Shown: positions 36,950 to 52,047 of the stretch, one piece after another | How the letters are laid out: every line of letters starts with the position of its first letter | Position numbering within the stretch: the first letter of the stretch is position 1 | Source: Gordius albopunctatus | Lineage: Eukaryota | Assembly (NCBI GenBank): GCA_964276515.1 | Contig: OZ193909.1 | Location: 5,766,001 to 5,830,000, forward strand | Direction of reading: 5' to 3' | DNA length: 64,000 bases | The notes under the pieces: generated by a model | Database searches by the model: none | Told to the model about the DNA's origin: nothing | What the model saw: the letters and a program-made list of their open reading frames with translations, nothing else | Translations under genes and position numbers: made by a program

Positions 36950-39900
36950 GAACCGGTAGACGTATCAACTACAATGTTAACGGGACCGCCACAAACGATA
37001 GAAGAAAAAATAATTACGGAAATGTACGATCCTTCATTCGGTTCTCCGAGGCACGAAGAAATTACCTACCGTTACAGTCCCATGCCACCGCCCCTCCCTG
37101 ATCTACCTTATTCATCGTACCCCCCTGGTATGCTAAATTTTACCTACAAAAATTCATTCATTTAGTTGGAGTGTTTTTGGGAAAAATAATTGAAGCGATA
37201 TTCTGAAATTAATTGGCTCCCCCCCTAAATTGATTTTCAAACGTTCTTGAAGTAATGAACTGCCAAAAATTCGTTTTTTTTTGTTTGGGTTGTCTTGGAA
37301 ATCTATAAAAAGCTTTTGTTTTTCTTCAGTTTTATATTTTCATAGGTTATTTGCATAGTTTGGTATCCGCATTGCACATCGATTTCTTGTACGCACTGAT
37401 ACTTAAAAATGTTTAAATTTTCGCATCGGGGATATGTTGTTAAGAATTTTGGCCCATATATTAGCATTATTTACTAAATTTTACTCGGATTAAATATATA
37501 TTATGGGTCGTGCGTTAGTAGGGAAAACCATGGGTTAAGCCTGAATTTGAATGATGGGGAGGGATGTGATATGGAAAAAATTGACATTCATTTTGGTAGG
37601 GTTACTTTATTACCCTTTTTTTAAAAATAAATTTTGACGACTACAATTACATTAACCTTAAAAATTTAGTATTAAGCCCTTCCTGCATTTTCGATCAGTC
37701 GCCTGTTATTTCCTTTATAAAAAGATTATTTTGAATATTGAATACGTTATTATTATCGCCGTAAAATGGAGACGTTATCTTAACATCTATAGGCATAGGG
37801 ACACTGCATTTATCCTCCTCTGCCGACCGTAATGAAGGAGATTATAGCAGCGGATTTTCTTCGTCGCATACACACAAATTACGCCCGTATCAAGGTAAAG
37901 TATTGATTGTATTTGATTATTTTTGGTTTTGGGGTCAAAGAGACCCCAGGCGCGTGCAATAAAATTTTTATGTTCATAGCAATTGTAACCAACGCGATTA
38001 GCTTCTCAAATTACTTTGAAAATATATGACGTCGTATTGGTCAGATACATCTGTGACAAGATAGAGTTTAAAAATGTGTTTTGCTTTCAGCTATAAACTA
38101 AAATTGAATATTATGAGTTAATAGATCGGGGCTAAACTCAGTCCGATCTATATTCTTTAATTCTCCAACCTATCTCAACCTACACCATAAACTAAAACTA
38201 GTCTCTAGTTGAGTCTTGTTTCGGCTAAATAATTCCTTAATAAAATTATAATGTAAACGTTTACCTCTTCACTAAAGGCAGCACTATTAAGGATAGTCAA
38301 TCCTTTGTATAATTATAAACTATCTACTTGCATCCACGAAAAATCTCAAAATCAAGGAAGTTGTTTGCTAATTTATTAATAATAAGATTTTATGTATGGT
38401 GGTGTGAAGTCTTTTGTTGTTCTTAGCTTCATGATTAACAATTCTCTTTAATTTCCCGATGAAATCAAAATCAATTAATGTCTGGTGGCCGCCATGTGAT
38501 TTTTGGATTATAATCGGGCGGGGTCGCATAATATCCACTTGGCAGGAGGACTCTGTATGTAGCATCATGTGTTAATTTCATTCATTAATTCTCTCAGCGT
38601 CTCCTTCGCCTTACTCCTCCCGCCTGGTTAGCCTTTCCAACGGAGGGCCCATCATCATTCCCCCCACCATTAATCCAGACGACGAAGATTATCCCATCTC
38701 AGAAAGCGGGGCAGGAACGCTGGAACCGCTCCGGAACGTGTCTGATGATTACTACGAACCCCGCCATCTACGGCGCATGCTGCAGCAAGCGGCCGGGGAC
38801 CGAGACGAGGAGCTGGCTATGCTATTGCGCGCCGAAGCTGGGGGTTCGAGACTCCGAGCCGGTAATATTTTTTTATTTAATGTTTTTATTAACTATTATT
38901 GGATAGATTGATAAATTGGTGTGTATTTTACGTGCAGAATAATAAGTGTTTTAATATGGACATTAAAATACTAGAGGTGTAGCATTACAAAATTTAGAGA
39001 CCGGCGAAATCGTATTTTTTAGACTTGGCCTGGGTGAAAATACTCGACCCCGACCTGAATTTTATGCTATTATAATTTAAAGCCCGGCTTACAATTTAAA
39101 ACGAACATGGTGTAATATTATTTTTTAATACAATTTATTATAGGCATTTGGACGCCAAAGAATTTTACCATTAATCTTTAAATGATCAAATTTTTTGTTA
39201 ATAAAAGTTAGGGGAGACCGAGGCTAGTCGTAGCCCGGGGTTACTATTATCTTTCTAATTATTTTTTAAACTAATAATGATATTAAATCAAAATTTTAAC
39301 CATATGTGTATTTTTCCATAAGGTTTAAGTTAAAAAAAATTTTGTTTAGAAAAAATAAAATTTAGAATTTTTATTGAGAAAAACGTTATTTCGGGGCTAT
39401 TTGTAGCCTTGAAAAAGTCTTTTATTTTGTGCATAAAAATTTTTTGGCTGATTATTTTGTATTAATTAATTTTACGACTAAATTATAGTGTCTAACAAAA
39501 AAAATTATTAAGTATATATAAATATAAAAAATAGTTCAAATAAATTATCATTTGTTTGATAGAATAAATGCATGTGTATTAAAAATATGCTGCCATCTAC
39601 ATTGTGTTATATTTTTATAACACATTTTTCAAATTACCTCCCTATCTATGGTATTCTGTGATATACACACCTTGTATTTTTTAATAGTTCTTTTATGGAC
39701 AAAGAGGGATAATTGTATGGATTTTATGTATTTTAGATTGTATAAATAGTAAGACAGCCTGGCGACACCAAAAATAAATTTACTATTTTTATATCTTAAT
39801 TAAGAATTCCTCATTTAAGCATCATAAACTTCATATTTAAGTCAATCGAGATAAAATTTTTAAGCAATTACCTCAGGTTGACCTGAGGTGCACCTGACCT

Positions 39901-42900
39901 AAGGTTTTCCCCACCACTAGCTATGACTAGTCCCGGGCATTTTTGTTTTTTTAACTTAATTTGTAAGAAAACTATTACTTATTTTCCTCTAAATTTTTGG
40001 TTCCTATAGTAAAATTCTAACAAAAAAATGGAAAAATATTTTTTAGTTTTTTAGAACGCGATTTAATTTTTTATGGATAGATTAAAACATTTATACTCTC
40101 GGAGAAAATATCTTTTTAAGCCTTGACATATTTAACCCTTTAAATAGCATCTATATAGCTTCTTTTATAATCTAATATATAATTCGTAACTTGCTAAATT
40201 TAAATTAATTATATTAATATGTACATTTAGTTCTAAGCCTAGATTTTGGACTTGTAAATAGCTTAGCTCAATTTATTCATATCTCATATTTTCTGCATTT
40301 CTTTGCCTTTGGGGCTAAAGGTGACGACGACATGGGGAGAAGTTACGTATACACGGACGATTCAAATCGATCCTCTGCCATACTGCTGAAGGAGGGTAAA
40401 AATGGGTATAGGGATCCTGGGACAACGGACGACGAAATTCCCCATCACAAGTAATTTAGACTTCACTAACGCATTCATTTGTAATGAAATTAGCGAGGAC
40501 TCGCCCTATGACCTGGCTTAAAATTAGGTAATAGGAAGTGGCACATTTCTCTTTATACCAGTTGCTTGGGTAGCCTTATGAAATTGTTTAGTCAAAAAAA
40601 TTAAAAAAGGCGTATTGTAAATATCTTAATCCATTTATGAAACGATTTTAATTAGCGGCTATAACCTTAATTTATTTACAACATCTGAGAAATTAAAGGT
40701 AGCGCGCCTAAGCTTGAAAATAAGGCATGAGAGACGTAATTAAGTTTTAACATCAACTTATTTTTTATGGGGGTAGTCAGGGTAAGCAGGAGTCCTTAAA
40801 ATTTATTATTATGACTTAAATTTCGAAAAATTATCATCCCTCTAGTTTCAAACTTGGCTACGGTGATGGTAGTTACTCTAACAATTTTCACATTTTCAGC
40901 TCGTGCGATTACCAAGATAGCCCGCGGCTATTCCCTAACCTTCCCCGTTCCTCCCTCAACAACGGCCACAACCACACGTTTAGGCCGAAGCAGAGATACG
41001 AAGGTGGGAATGGGGACGATTTTGAGGAAGAAGAAGAGGGCGGTATCATGGTTAGCGAGATGCCCGATCGACAAATTTGTAATAGATACTATCCTCCCTC
41101 CTCCTCCTCTTCACACCACACCAACTCGAACCCTAGCCCCAAAGGTAAGATCCATTACACTTTTTGCCATTCCTTACCAGCTTAAAAGTTTTTGCGGTGT
41201 CTAGCTCTCGAAATTGACAAGCATATTAGGATCGGTACCAGGGGGCACGGAGGGACAGCTGCCCCCTCTGTCCAAATATTTGTTTAAATTTATTAAAATT
41301 AGGGCTAAAATTTCAAAAAATGAATGCCCCCCTCTGATTCCATACGCCCATGATCGGTACTAACGTATAAATGCATTAAGGTTTATATCTCCTAAAGATG
41401 TTAAAATTGCAGCCTGCCTATTATGCTTTTAACATAGTATTTTGGAAATTTGTACAAGATTCTTTCTATAATTTAGCATCAGGGTGAATAAACATATCAA
41501 CGATCGAAATTATTAAAAGTTTGATAACGAGGGTGCTGTCATTCTAACAAACATTTCTTAGGTCAAAATCTTGATTTTTAACGCTCGGGATAATATTAAT
41601 GCTATTATTATTAATTGCTATGCAATTTATGGGCTCGTTTTTGGTTGTCCGTCCGTCCGTCCACCAAGTTATTTACACCAGCTTCCCGACCTGGAGGTTG
41701 CGGGTTCGAGACCCGGAGAGGACAAATTTTTTTTTTTTTTTAATTAAATTAATATTTTGTTCTTGTTAATACCATTGATAATATGACTTTTTGACCGTCC
41801 GCAGGCTACTGACCAATGAAAAAATGACCACTGGCCAGATAAATCGAAATTTTTAATTTTTCGTTTTTGAATAGTTTAACATTGATAATTACCCTATGCC
41901 CTCCCCTACAAGGGCCTATGGCTCTATTTATATGGTTCCCTGTTCCCCTCCAAAGGCTTATGCCTCTATTTAATGTGGGTTCGAATCCCGGAGAGGGCAA
42001 AATTTTTATTTTTTTAATTAATTTAATATTTTGTTCTTGTTAATACCCTTGATAATATGACTTTTTGACCGTCCGCTGGCTACTGACCAATGAAAAAATG
42101 AACATTGGCAAAATAAATCCTAATTTTTCGTTTTTCCTTTTTGAATAGGTTAACATTGATAATTGAAAAAAATTACCATTGGCCAAATAAATCGAAATTT
42201 TTTGTTCGTTTTTGAATAGGTTAACATTGATAATTACCCTATACTTTTTAATAATTGCTATGCAATTTATCTAGTTTTTGGGTTAGAATCCCGGAGTTTT
42301 TTTTGACTCTTATGATTGTTCTTGTTACTATCATTGATAATAAGACTTTTTGGCCGTCCGCTGGCTGCTGACCAATGGAATAAAATAACCATTGGCCAAA
42401 ATGTGATTCGAAAACTTTTTTTCCGTTTTTTTTTGACTATTATGAATTTATATCCACTTTTACCGTGTCCTGGCTGCTGACCAATGGAAAAAATGACCTT
42501 TGGCCAAAATGTGATTCGAAAATTTTTTTTTCGTTTTTTTTCTCTTATGAATTTATATCCACTTTTACCGTGTGCTGGCTGCTGACCAATGGAAAAAATG
42601 ACCTTTGGCCAAAATGTGATTCGAAAATTTTTTCCCGTTTTTTTTACTCTTATGAATTTATATCCACTTTTACCGTGTGCTGGCTGCTGACCAATGGAAA
42701 AAATGACCTTTGGCCAAAATGTGATTCGAAAATTTTTTTTCCGTTTTTTTTACTCTTATGAATTTATATCCACTTTTACCGTGTGCTGGCTGCTGACCAA
42801 TGGAAAAAATGACCTTTGGCCAAAATGTGATTCGAAAATTTTTTTTCCGTTTTTTTTACTCTTATGAATTTATATCCACTTTTACCGTGTGCTGGCTGCT

Positions 42901-45900
42901 GACCAATGGAAAAAATGACCTTTGGCCAAAATGTGATTCGAAAATTTTTTTTCCGTTTTTTTTGACTATTATGATTGTTCCTGTTTCTACCATTGCTATT
43001 ATGACTTTTTGGCCGTCCGCTGGCTGCTGACCAATGGAATAAAATAACCATTGGCCAAAATGTGATTCGAAAACTTTTTTTTCGTTTTTTTTGAGTATTA
43101 TGAATTTATATCCACTTTTACCGTGTCCTGGCTGCTGACCAATGGAAAAAATGACCTTTGGCCAAAATGTGATTCGAAAATTTTTTTTTAGTTTTTTTTA
43201 CTCTTATGAATTTATATCCACTTTTACCGTGTGCTGGCTGCTGACCAATGGGAAAAAATGACCATTGGCCAAAGTGAGCATCAAAATTTTTTTTCCATTT
43301 TTTTGGCTATCATTGACTTATAGAGTATCTGTTGGTACTGACCAATGCAGAAGAAATGACCATTTGCCAAATTTTTGATTTTTTTAATTAAAAATTTTCA
43401 AATTCAACAAAAAATTTCTCCCAACAATTCTGCAAATTCTTAACATTGCGGTGTTTTATAATATAATGTTTGTTAGACCCATAATCACTAGAGGCCATAA
43501 AAACTAATGTAATATTTTTATTTATTCTCAAATGTGATATTTTGTTCATGATTGTTTTTTGCGTGTGCTAGTGTTTAGGTTTTCAACATTAATATTCTTT
43601 CATATACATTTTTACACATTGAATTATTTATTTTAAAGATTACTATATTTTGTTTTTTTGTGTTCTTGCATAAAATTAGGTTTTGTCTTTCATTTATCTA
43701 CATTATTAATTGTTTATTAAAATAGGGGTCGGGGCTAGTCGGAGAGGGGCTATTGCTAGCCATTTTTCATTGCGTTTTACAAATGGCATGATAAAAAGAA
43801 AAAATAATCATATTACATTTGCATTTTCTACATTTTTTATAAATAAACAATCTTTTTATTGATATGAGTTAGCCTACACTAAAAAAAGTGAAAACTTCAG
43901 AGTTAATTTATGGGCTATGACTAACCCCGGGCACTTTTAAAAAATTTAGGATTTCCATTTTTTTTGAATTTATTTTGTGAAAAAGTTATTACTTATTTCC
44001 CTCCAAATTTTCTTCCTATATTAAAAATAGTCTTTAAAAATAGACAAGTAAAAATTTGTCTACCTAAATATAAATTAATACAACTGTTTCCCGTAGAATT
44101 TAACTAACCATAAAGCTTCCCCTTCGCTCCCCCCTTTATGATATTTGGCATATACACTTATTTAGTGCTTCACCTTCGTTTTGCAATATTCACGTAAGTA
44201 TTTCCATAAATTGCATAGCAAATATGATACATTTATACGGAGTGTAGATGAGTTCCCCCTTCCTTCCCCTCCTCCCCTTCCCCCTTCCCACGAGGGCCGA
44301 AGGCCCGAGTTTGATTCATTCGTTTCGAAACCGTCACGTCTTTCACAACTTTCTCAATTGTTTTCGGGGTTCAAGCAATGTTAATCATTCAAAATTATGC
44401 TACCTTTACTAGTTTTCTAGAGACTTTTTAATTTTGAATTTAGCATCTTGGAGGGATCCGGACGTAGCGGAAGTAATAGAATACCTTACTAGCCCCGACA
44501 CCACAATTAAAGCTAACGCAGCCGCTTACTTGCAGCATTTGTGCTACCACGACGATCGGATGAAATCTATAGCCGGGTAAAAAGGGCTTTACTGTTATTC
44601 CATCGGATTCGGTCAATAATTCTGGCGTTCAGATTGCACTATTTATAGTTTGATTATGACCATTATGGTAACCGCTGAAGATGATCCAACGAAATACTAC
44701 GAAAATTGTCTTATCTGAAGTCCGAGTGAATGTAGTTATTGCTAACAGTTTGCCTGAATTGTTTAGGCAGGACTTGGTTTTGGACGAAATTTGTATCGAA
44801 TGAACCAACCCTTAGCTAGGTCAAGCCAAAATGCAACAACTAATTAAAACCTTTAGTCGAAGCATGCTTGCATCTTTTAAATTTCAAGAACTGAGGTATA
44901 AACCTCAATTTGGTTTATTTATTAGGAAAGTTTGGAAAATGTTGCGCCTTTGCTATTAATTGCGTCGCGTTACTAGAAATTTGTGGAGTTTTTAATGTGC
45001 TAATAATAATTTGCATCTTACGGATAGAAAATTGGGAGCGGTTCCTACCTTGATCGAAATGCTCAGCAGTAACATTCCCGAGGTTCAGAGGAACGCTTGT
45101 GGTGCTCTGCGCAACATGGCCTACGGTCGTGCCAACGAACAAAACAAGGTATAAATTGGCCCGCTATTTCTATCTTCTACAAATTTTTATCGGCGCAGTA
45201 GAAAAACGTATTTTGTAAAAAGGACTGGATTTTGTTTGGGGTAGACCTCCTCCTTTGGTTCAATAAGACTAAGGATCGAGCCTGTTCTCTTTTTTGGATT
45301 CAGACTAAAACCACGTCTACCAAATAAAACCCATCCGCTTTTACACTTCATTTAACGCAAGGATTTGACACTATGATCAATGAGTTGTAGGTAGAAAAAA
45401 CAGTGAATTAATGGTGGCGCTTGAAATGAAAGAAATTTGTTGAAATAATTGGCAGGGCAGTAGCCATATCTGAACCAGGAATCTTTTTAAATTTCTAACT
45501 TAATTTTGTTATATCTATAAAAATTTTCAGGCTAAATTCATAATATAATAATAGATGGCAATTTTTGTTTGAATATTGGCTTCGCGCCGCCCACTGGTTC
45601 CGAATTTTTTTACCTTTCATTCATACGCCAGATCAATTTTTTTAATTTTAAATTCAGAAACTTATACTGGATTACAACGGAATACCTGCTTTGATATCTA
45701 TTTTTAAACGTACCCCCGATGAAAATTTGAGAGAAGTCATTAGCGGACTGCTCTGGAATATGTCTTCTTACGAGGTAAATAAAATACCCTAACTGATTAA
45801 ATGATCAAATAGTTTTTAGATGCTTTAATGATGTGTTTCAATACTTATTTTCGACTCATCAAATGAATATGTCTGTTTGTTTTTAGGCTAAATGAAACCA

Positions 45901-48900
45901 ATGAAAAAAATGTGGTTAAAATATTCTGAAATTACGCAAATTACCATAGTTTTATAAAAATAACTTAGGAATCTATCTAACTTGACGATTGAAATTTCAT
46001 ACTACTAATTAAAAGACTAATTTAAGGACAATAACCATAATTTTATCCATAAATAATTTGAGTCTGTTTTATTTCAAAGTCCTCTTTAAATGTTTAATAC
46101 ATAAAAAGTATGCCCAAATTCGTTCACTTATCGATATTGAACCTCACGGCTTGTTTGCGATATTTTGTGGATTGCGGAGCCTTTATAATTTGCATATCTC
46201 GATTGATTGTTCAAAGTTTTTCTCGTTCTTAATATTGACTACTATATCCTCTTTTTCCTTGTTAAACATATTTGCCCCGCCACCCCACAGTAACTAACTT
46301 AACCCTATGGATGTTTATGTGGCAAGTTAATAATTTATTTTTTTATTTGTAGGATATCAAAAGGCCCCTGCTAGAAACGTGCCTCAAAACCTTTAACGAG
46401 TCCGTGATCGTGCCTCAGAGGGAAGTGTTTGAAGCGGATAAAGGCGATCTACGTCCCGTCCCTTGGTCAACCATCTTTCGAAACGTCATGGGGATCATTA
46501 GGTGACATCGATGCCGTCAATTTATATTTCAAGATTTCATTGGGTTTTCTAAATAACCCAACGTAGCAGAATTTGAATTAATGATTTAGAAAGTGTCTAT
46601 AAAGAATTTTTAGATTTTTATTTTTAAAAAAAAGATATAAATAAAATTAAGAGTTAGACTAGCATTTAGTGGCCTTTGAATGTTATCTCGGAATAGCTTA
46701 GCTCAGAGAGGGGAAAATATGTTTAACAATAACGTATTTTTGTGAAACACTTTTCTACAAATTAAAAAATTACGATTATATTTGTTAAGTTTAAGTCGTC
46801 GAAGCACTTGACATCTGACCTCACATAATTTTGTATTTGCATCTGTTTACTAAATGCAAAAAAATATGGCATAAGCGACGTAACATGGTTGCCTAAAAAA
46901 TTGTAATCTAAAAAGAGCTCTCTATACCAAATAATATTTTTAAATAAATTGCCGTTATATTTTTGCCTTTAAGGTTCATAAGGCGATGAACCACGGGCAA
47001 GGTTTTTTCCTTTATGGCTCGATTTTTTAATTTAAATGTGTAAGTTGCCATTCAAAGCCATTTAATAAGCCCTGGTAGAAGTATTATAATTACTGACGGC
47101 TTGACTGTGCTCATCCTATATAAAGTAAAGGTGCATAACTTAAAGGTCCCCATATTTAATTTTCTTATTACCCTCAGATTGAGATGTCCTTTATTTTTCT
47201 CAAAAATGTCTTTACCATCTTATTTTATTGCATTTATCATAAACGAAGTTTTTTTGCGTTTTTTATATATATTTTAAAAGATTTCATTAAAACTGTCAAA
47301 TAGAAATTGTAGTTCGGATGGAGTTTACGCGCGTAAGCTGTTGCGCGAGACGCCTTCGTTCGTGCTTTCCCTCTTAGCCGTGGCGGAATCGGCTCTAGCC
47401 CGATCAGATTGCGACAACAAATCCATCGAAAATTGCTTGTGTACCCTGAGAAATCTTTCTTACCGCCTCCAAGAAACGGTTGAACCTGAATACGAATCCG
47501 AGGAAGGTGATTGCTCACACATTTTACCTCTTTGCCAAAGTTTTATATTGGAATTCAGCGTGATTTTGTTGATTCAGTTCGTACTTTTAACCCATCGACG
47601 CTCAGTTTATTACAGTGCCAATAGGATTAATACACTATCGTTAATTAAGCACTCTCGGCTCCAGAACTTTCAGGAAATAACTAACATTCGTAATAACCAT
47701 TACATTAGGTAATAGAGGCAACATGTGTCAAATGTAGTACTCCTTTCACAAATTGTAAATACAGATTATAATTGCGAGATAAAAATAGCTATTTAACTTA
47801 GGACTTATTTGGTCTATATCTATCCCAAAATTTGAGCTTTAGTTTGAATATAACCTCGGTTAATTAATTATCATTTAAAATAAAAGGATTTGATGCGACG
47901 TATATTACAATTAAGCTGTAAGAACCAAGCGCGGATTTGATTAATTTTTTAAATTTAGCTTTACCTACTCTAGCGCTGCGACAGGGAAGATTGGACCAGC
48001 ACCCTAACAAAGAGTATAGCCCCAAAACGGGTATTAAAGGGGATAATGTACCGGGCCCGGCTCGACCTGGTAACGAGACTCCAGCTTCTTCCACTAGCGG
48101 AGCTTCCACTTCTGATTACTCGACCTCTTCTTCTAACCTTAAAACACCCGCCGACGATATAGGTTAGCTCTTTATAAATGCAGGAAGACTTCGCCTTTGT
48201 TTGTTTCTATTCATCAAACTATTTCGTTTGAATTAAAAACCTTTTACTTTTTTGCCACTTTTAAAAGCTTACAAATTTTTCGTCAGAAGAGTTATAAGCA
48301 AAATTTAGGTATTTTTATAGGAACTTAGCATTTTTGGTCGAATAATTTCATTTATTCCTTTCATGTAAAGCATGTGTTCAGTATGCGTAAGTTCAAAATG
48401 GGTATTTTCACCGGTTTAGATTTAGGACTATTTTCTTTCAATCTTTACAACACAAATTTTGTTTTTTTCCTACACTATTTAGCAAAAATAAAATTTCATG
48501 TAGTTTTTCTTTGTGCCACACTTAGGAGGGGGACGCTCTCACCAACAACACATCGGTTGTTTCGGAACAGCTACGCCCGGCAACGCTTTAAACAACAGAA
48601 ACGCCCACACTCTTCAACGTGGTTCCGGCTCCAATTCGAAGGATAGTTCTGCCAGTAACGGCGCAGGCAGCAATTATAAAAACGGCCACAGAAAAACAGT
48701 CACCAACGACAACGCAAAACTGTCCACCGAAGCGCTACTTAAATCTCATCCAACCTACGGTCCGCTATGGGATCCCGTGATCGTGGTTAAACTTTATCTC
48801 GGCATTTTACGCGAATCTGCTAACCCGCTCACTTTGGAAGCGGCAGCCGGAGCACTGCAAAATTTAGCCGCCTGCTACTGGCAGGTAACAAATTGTTCTA

Positions 48901-51900
48901 CTATAATATAATAGCAATCGTCGCGGTTGTCAAACTAGGATATTGTATTCTTAGTCATGAAAAGATGAGTCTCTATTTATCAATTTTTTTGGGGAGTTAT
49001 AGACCTTAAATTGGGCTTTGAATGTCGTTGATCCGGATTAATCGGTATTTCTTTCAACCAAATTTTTACACCGGTCACTATGCTCTGCCTGCATGGATAT
49101 CTTAGGGTCATCCTTATATATTTAGAATCACTTGAATTTTAATTCTTATCTTTTTTCAGCCATCCATCGATATCCGTACGGCAGTTAGGAAGGAGAAAGG
49201 CTTGCCTATCTTAGTTGAACTTATAAAGCTCGACAACGATAAAGTGGTGTGCGCCGTGGTGACTGCTCTGCGAAACTTATCCATCGACGTCCGCAATAAG
49301 GAATTAATCGGTAAGTTTGTTTATACCAAGTTCTCTTTAAATTATTCAACTTGTCATTTGATTTTAGCCTTAGCTCTTTTAGCGCCCTCAAAAACAACAC
49401 TTTATTAATTATTTTTATTAACGCGTTTCTTATCGTCGTTCTCATTCGTGTTTTAGCCTCAATTTCGAGCGAGAATCTGGTTACGCATAAAATTGCTTAT
49501 TATACAAAAATAGAAAAATTTTAGTCCGTTTGGTTTGAAATCATTATACATAAATCCCATTTGAATTAAATAAATTATGAAGACAGAGTTTTTTAACTGC
49601 TGGTTTTTGGTTAAAATGTGCAGGCAAATACGCGATGAGAGAACTCGTATCTAAATTACCTAATCCACCGGCCCCTGGCTCAAAGGGCGGACCTCGTGCC
49701 TCTAATGTTTCCGATGAAACCATATGTGCCGTGTTGGCTGTACTTCATCAAGTCATATACGAAAATCCTGAATTCGCTCAGTAAAATAACTCATGATATC
49801 ATTCTGCTATATCTACGATTCATTTCTATTAAGTAAAGAAAATTTAATATGAAATTTTTAAGGCGAATCTCTTAAACTTTGGCATAATCGTCAGAATTTC
49901 TTAGAATGGTTTTTACATAACATAAGCTATTAAAAAATTTATTTGTGATAATGTTTTAGGTGAAAATTTTGTGATTGTCAGCCATTTATAACGCTAGGAT
50001 AAATAAACCTAGAAATTTTATTCGCTCCCTTAGATCTTTGATGGAATCTCGAGGGGTAGAAAAACTGGTGCATATCTCACAACAATGTCAAATCCTCCAT
50101 CCTTCCACTAACGCGCCCATAAATAAATCATCCAGATACGCTTCCCAGGTAACCTCTTTACATAACTATGTACTTGTAACCTTGCACAACCATCTGTTCT
50201 TTTGTAACTTAATCGGATTTATTCTACTTAATAAACAAGTCATTTTCTACCAAGGTATTGGCTGTAATGTGGAAGCACAAAGAACTTCGCGAAGTTTACG
50301 CTAGGGCAGGTTGGAATGAAAGCGTTTTTGAGAATAGCTCCAACACACAGAAAAACATTGTCGAACAAAACGGGAATCACAGAGATAATCCTCTCACTAA
50401 TAACGTTAAAAGTAAATTTGTAAAGTTTTTGTAAAAATTTCTAAAACAAAAAATGCCTTCAATTTCGAAAAATAAATTTGCACTAAATATTTTTTTTATA
50501 AATAGGTCGGGTTCATGCAAACGGAGGTCCGAGGGATGTTAGTACCTTGATGAGACCGATAAGCTCCCAAGGACCGTCGGTAACACCCGATCGTACCCCG
50601 CTGCCCAACCAAAAGGGACCGTCGTCTCAAGCAGCCATATACCCAAACAACAATGATGCGCGAGGATCAAATGCGCACCATTACGCCCACCATAGCAACA
50701 TGGTAAAACAATTTGGTTTCCGGTTGACGGAAAATGAAAACTGCTTAAGGTTGTTATTCGAGTGAGATAGAAACTGCCTGAAATAGCCCCCTTGATACTA
50801 AGCAGTGTTGCTGATAAACATGGTTTTTAGCAGATTTCGTTTACCATTTAGCAGGCAACTGCTTAAGGTTGTTATTCGAGTGAGATAGAAACTGCCTGAA
50901 ATAGCCCCCTTGATACTAAGCAGTGTTGCTGATAAACATGGTTTTTAGCAGATTTCGTTTACCATTTAGCAGGCAGCATTGCATTTAATGCTAATTTTAA
51001 AAACGATTTAGTGCTAAAAATAAATTACACAGCAATTAATATTTAATTTTAAACAAATTTTGGGTCCCAACAACGGGAATAAATATATTGGATGCCAATA
51101 AAGCAGAAATTTAGTGATTTAAGTTCCTCTGCGATGGCGATAGGGTCATGGTTATAATGAGAAGGGGCAAAAAGGTAGATGATACTTGTAGAAAGGGATA
51201 AGCCATTTTGCCAAGGGGCTAGTGAGGAGCCATCAGGTCGTATCCCTCCACCCAAAGGTTTATGGGCTCCAGGATTGACTGGACTGCCTTTGCTATTAAA
51301 AAATTGGCTTTGTTGCCCCGCATATTAAATTCATTTGCAAGGCATTGTACAGGGTGCCTGCCAAATTCATCTAATAAGGGAAGAACAATTAAGACACGGA
51401 ATTTTCTTACTATAACTAATTCCCAACCTTAAAGCTATAGAATAAGATAGCTCAAAGTCGTCGAGCAGCATTCCCTAAACTAAAGTTTGCTGGGATAGGC
51501 TTAAAGCCACTCGTGACCAAAATCATCAAAGACGAGGGACCTAAGATTGTAAACTGGCTATCATCGCTCATCGATAAGAGGTAACCAACGGAGCGCGATA
51601 TTAGGCCAGAATTCCAAACCTTCTCGTTCGAACTTTAAGGTTGAATGGTTTTGGGTGTTCATATTCCATAGCTTAAAGGCTTTAAAGATTTTAAACTTTC
51701 TCGTAACATCCTATGTGAAATGTACAATGGGATATGAGGGCCGTACATATCCCACCAGTTTTTACATTGCTATGTGAAGTGCTAAACGAATTATATCAAT
51801 AAAGGCCTAATACTTATTTAATTTATTCTTCTTTCAGAATGGTAAACCAGTTGGTGGAGGGTATACATACGAGCCAATATATACGCAGGTGAATAAAAAG

Positions 51901-52047
51901 CCGCCTCAAGCAACGCCACAATATGGAAATGGTAATCATCATCACCATCACAAGGACGTCCTCATGATTCCCATGGAAAAAATGGAAATTCGTGCCGACG
52001 GAAAATCATCTCGTTACGATCAATGCGCCTCCGATTCCTGGGTGTAA
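36950..52047 (+). CDS. Duplicated 5'-truncated p120/delta-catenin, exons 4-22 (copy B); intact frame, about 1099 aa from ATG 36974
   Basis: Exons 36950-37127, 37793-37894, 38598-38861, 40321-40450, 40900-41144, 44248-44379, 44444-44576, 45028-45148, 45658-45774, 46353-46501, 47304-47506, 47959-48162, 48526-48884, 49160-49310, 49624-49780, 50034-50148, 50255-50411, 50506-50702, 51838-52047. Lacks exons 1-3 and their promoter; expression is unknown. Confidence 0.85.
41612..43454 (+). mobile_element. Copy of the Helentron/DINE-like element
   Basis: Offset +25369. Confidence 0.6.
42359..43274. repeat. ~105-bp tandem repeat (copy B)
   Basis: Offset +25369. Confidence 0.95.
50739..50974. repeat. 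2 x 118-bp tandem duplication (copy B)
   Basis: Offset +17751. Confidence 0.95.
51049..51551 (-). mobile_element. Copy of the CRE-like retrotransposon fragment
   Basis: Offset +17751. Confidence 0.72.
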
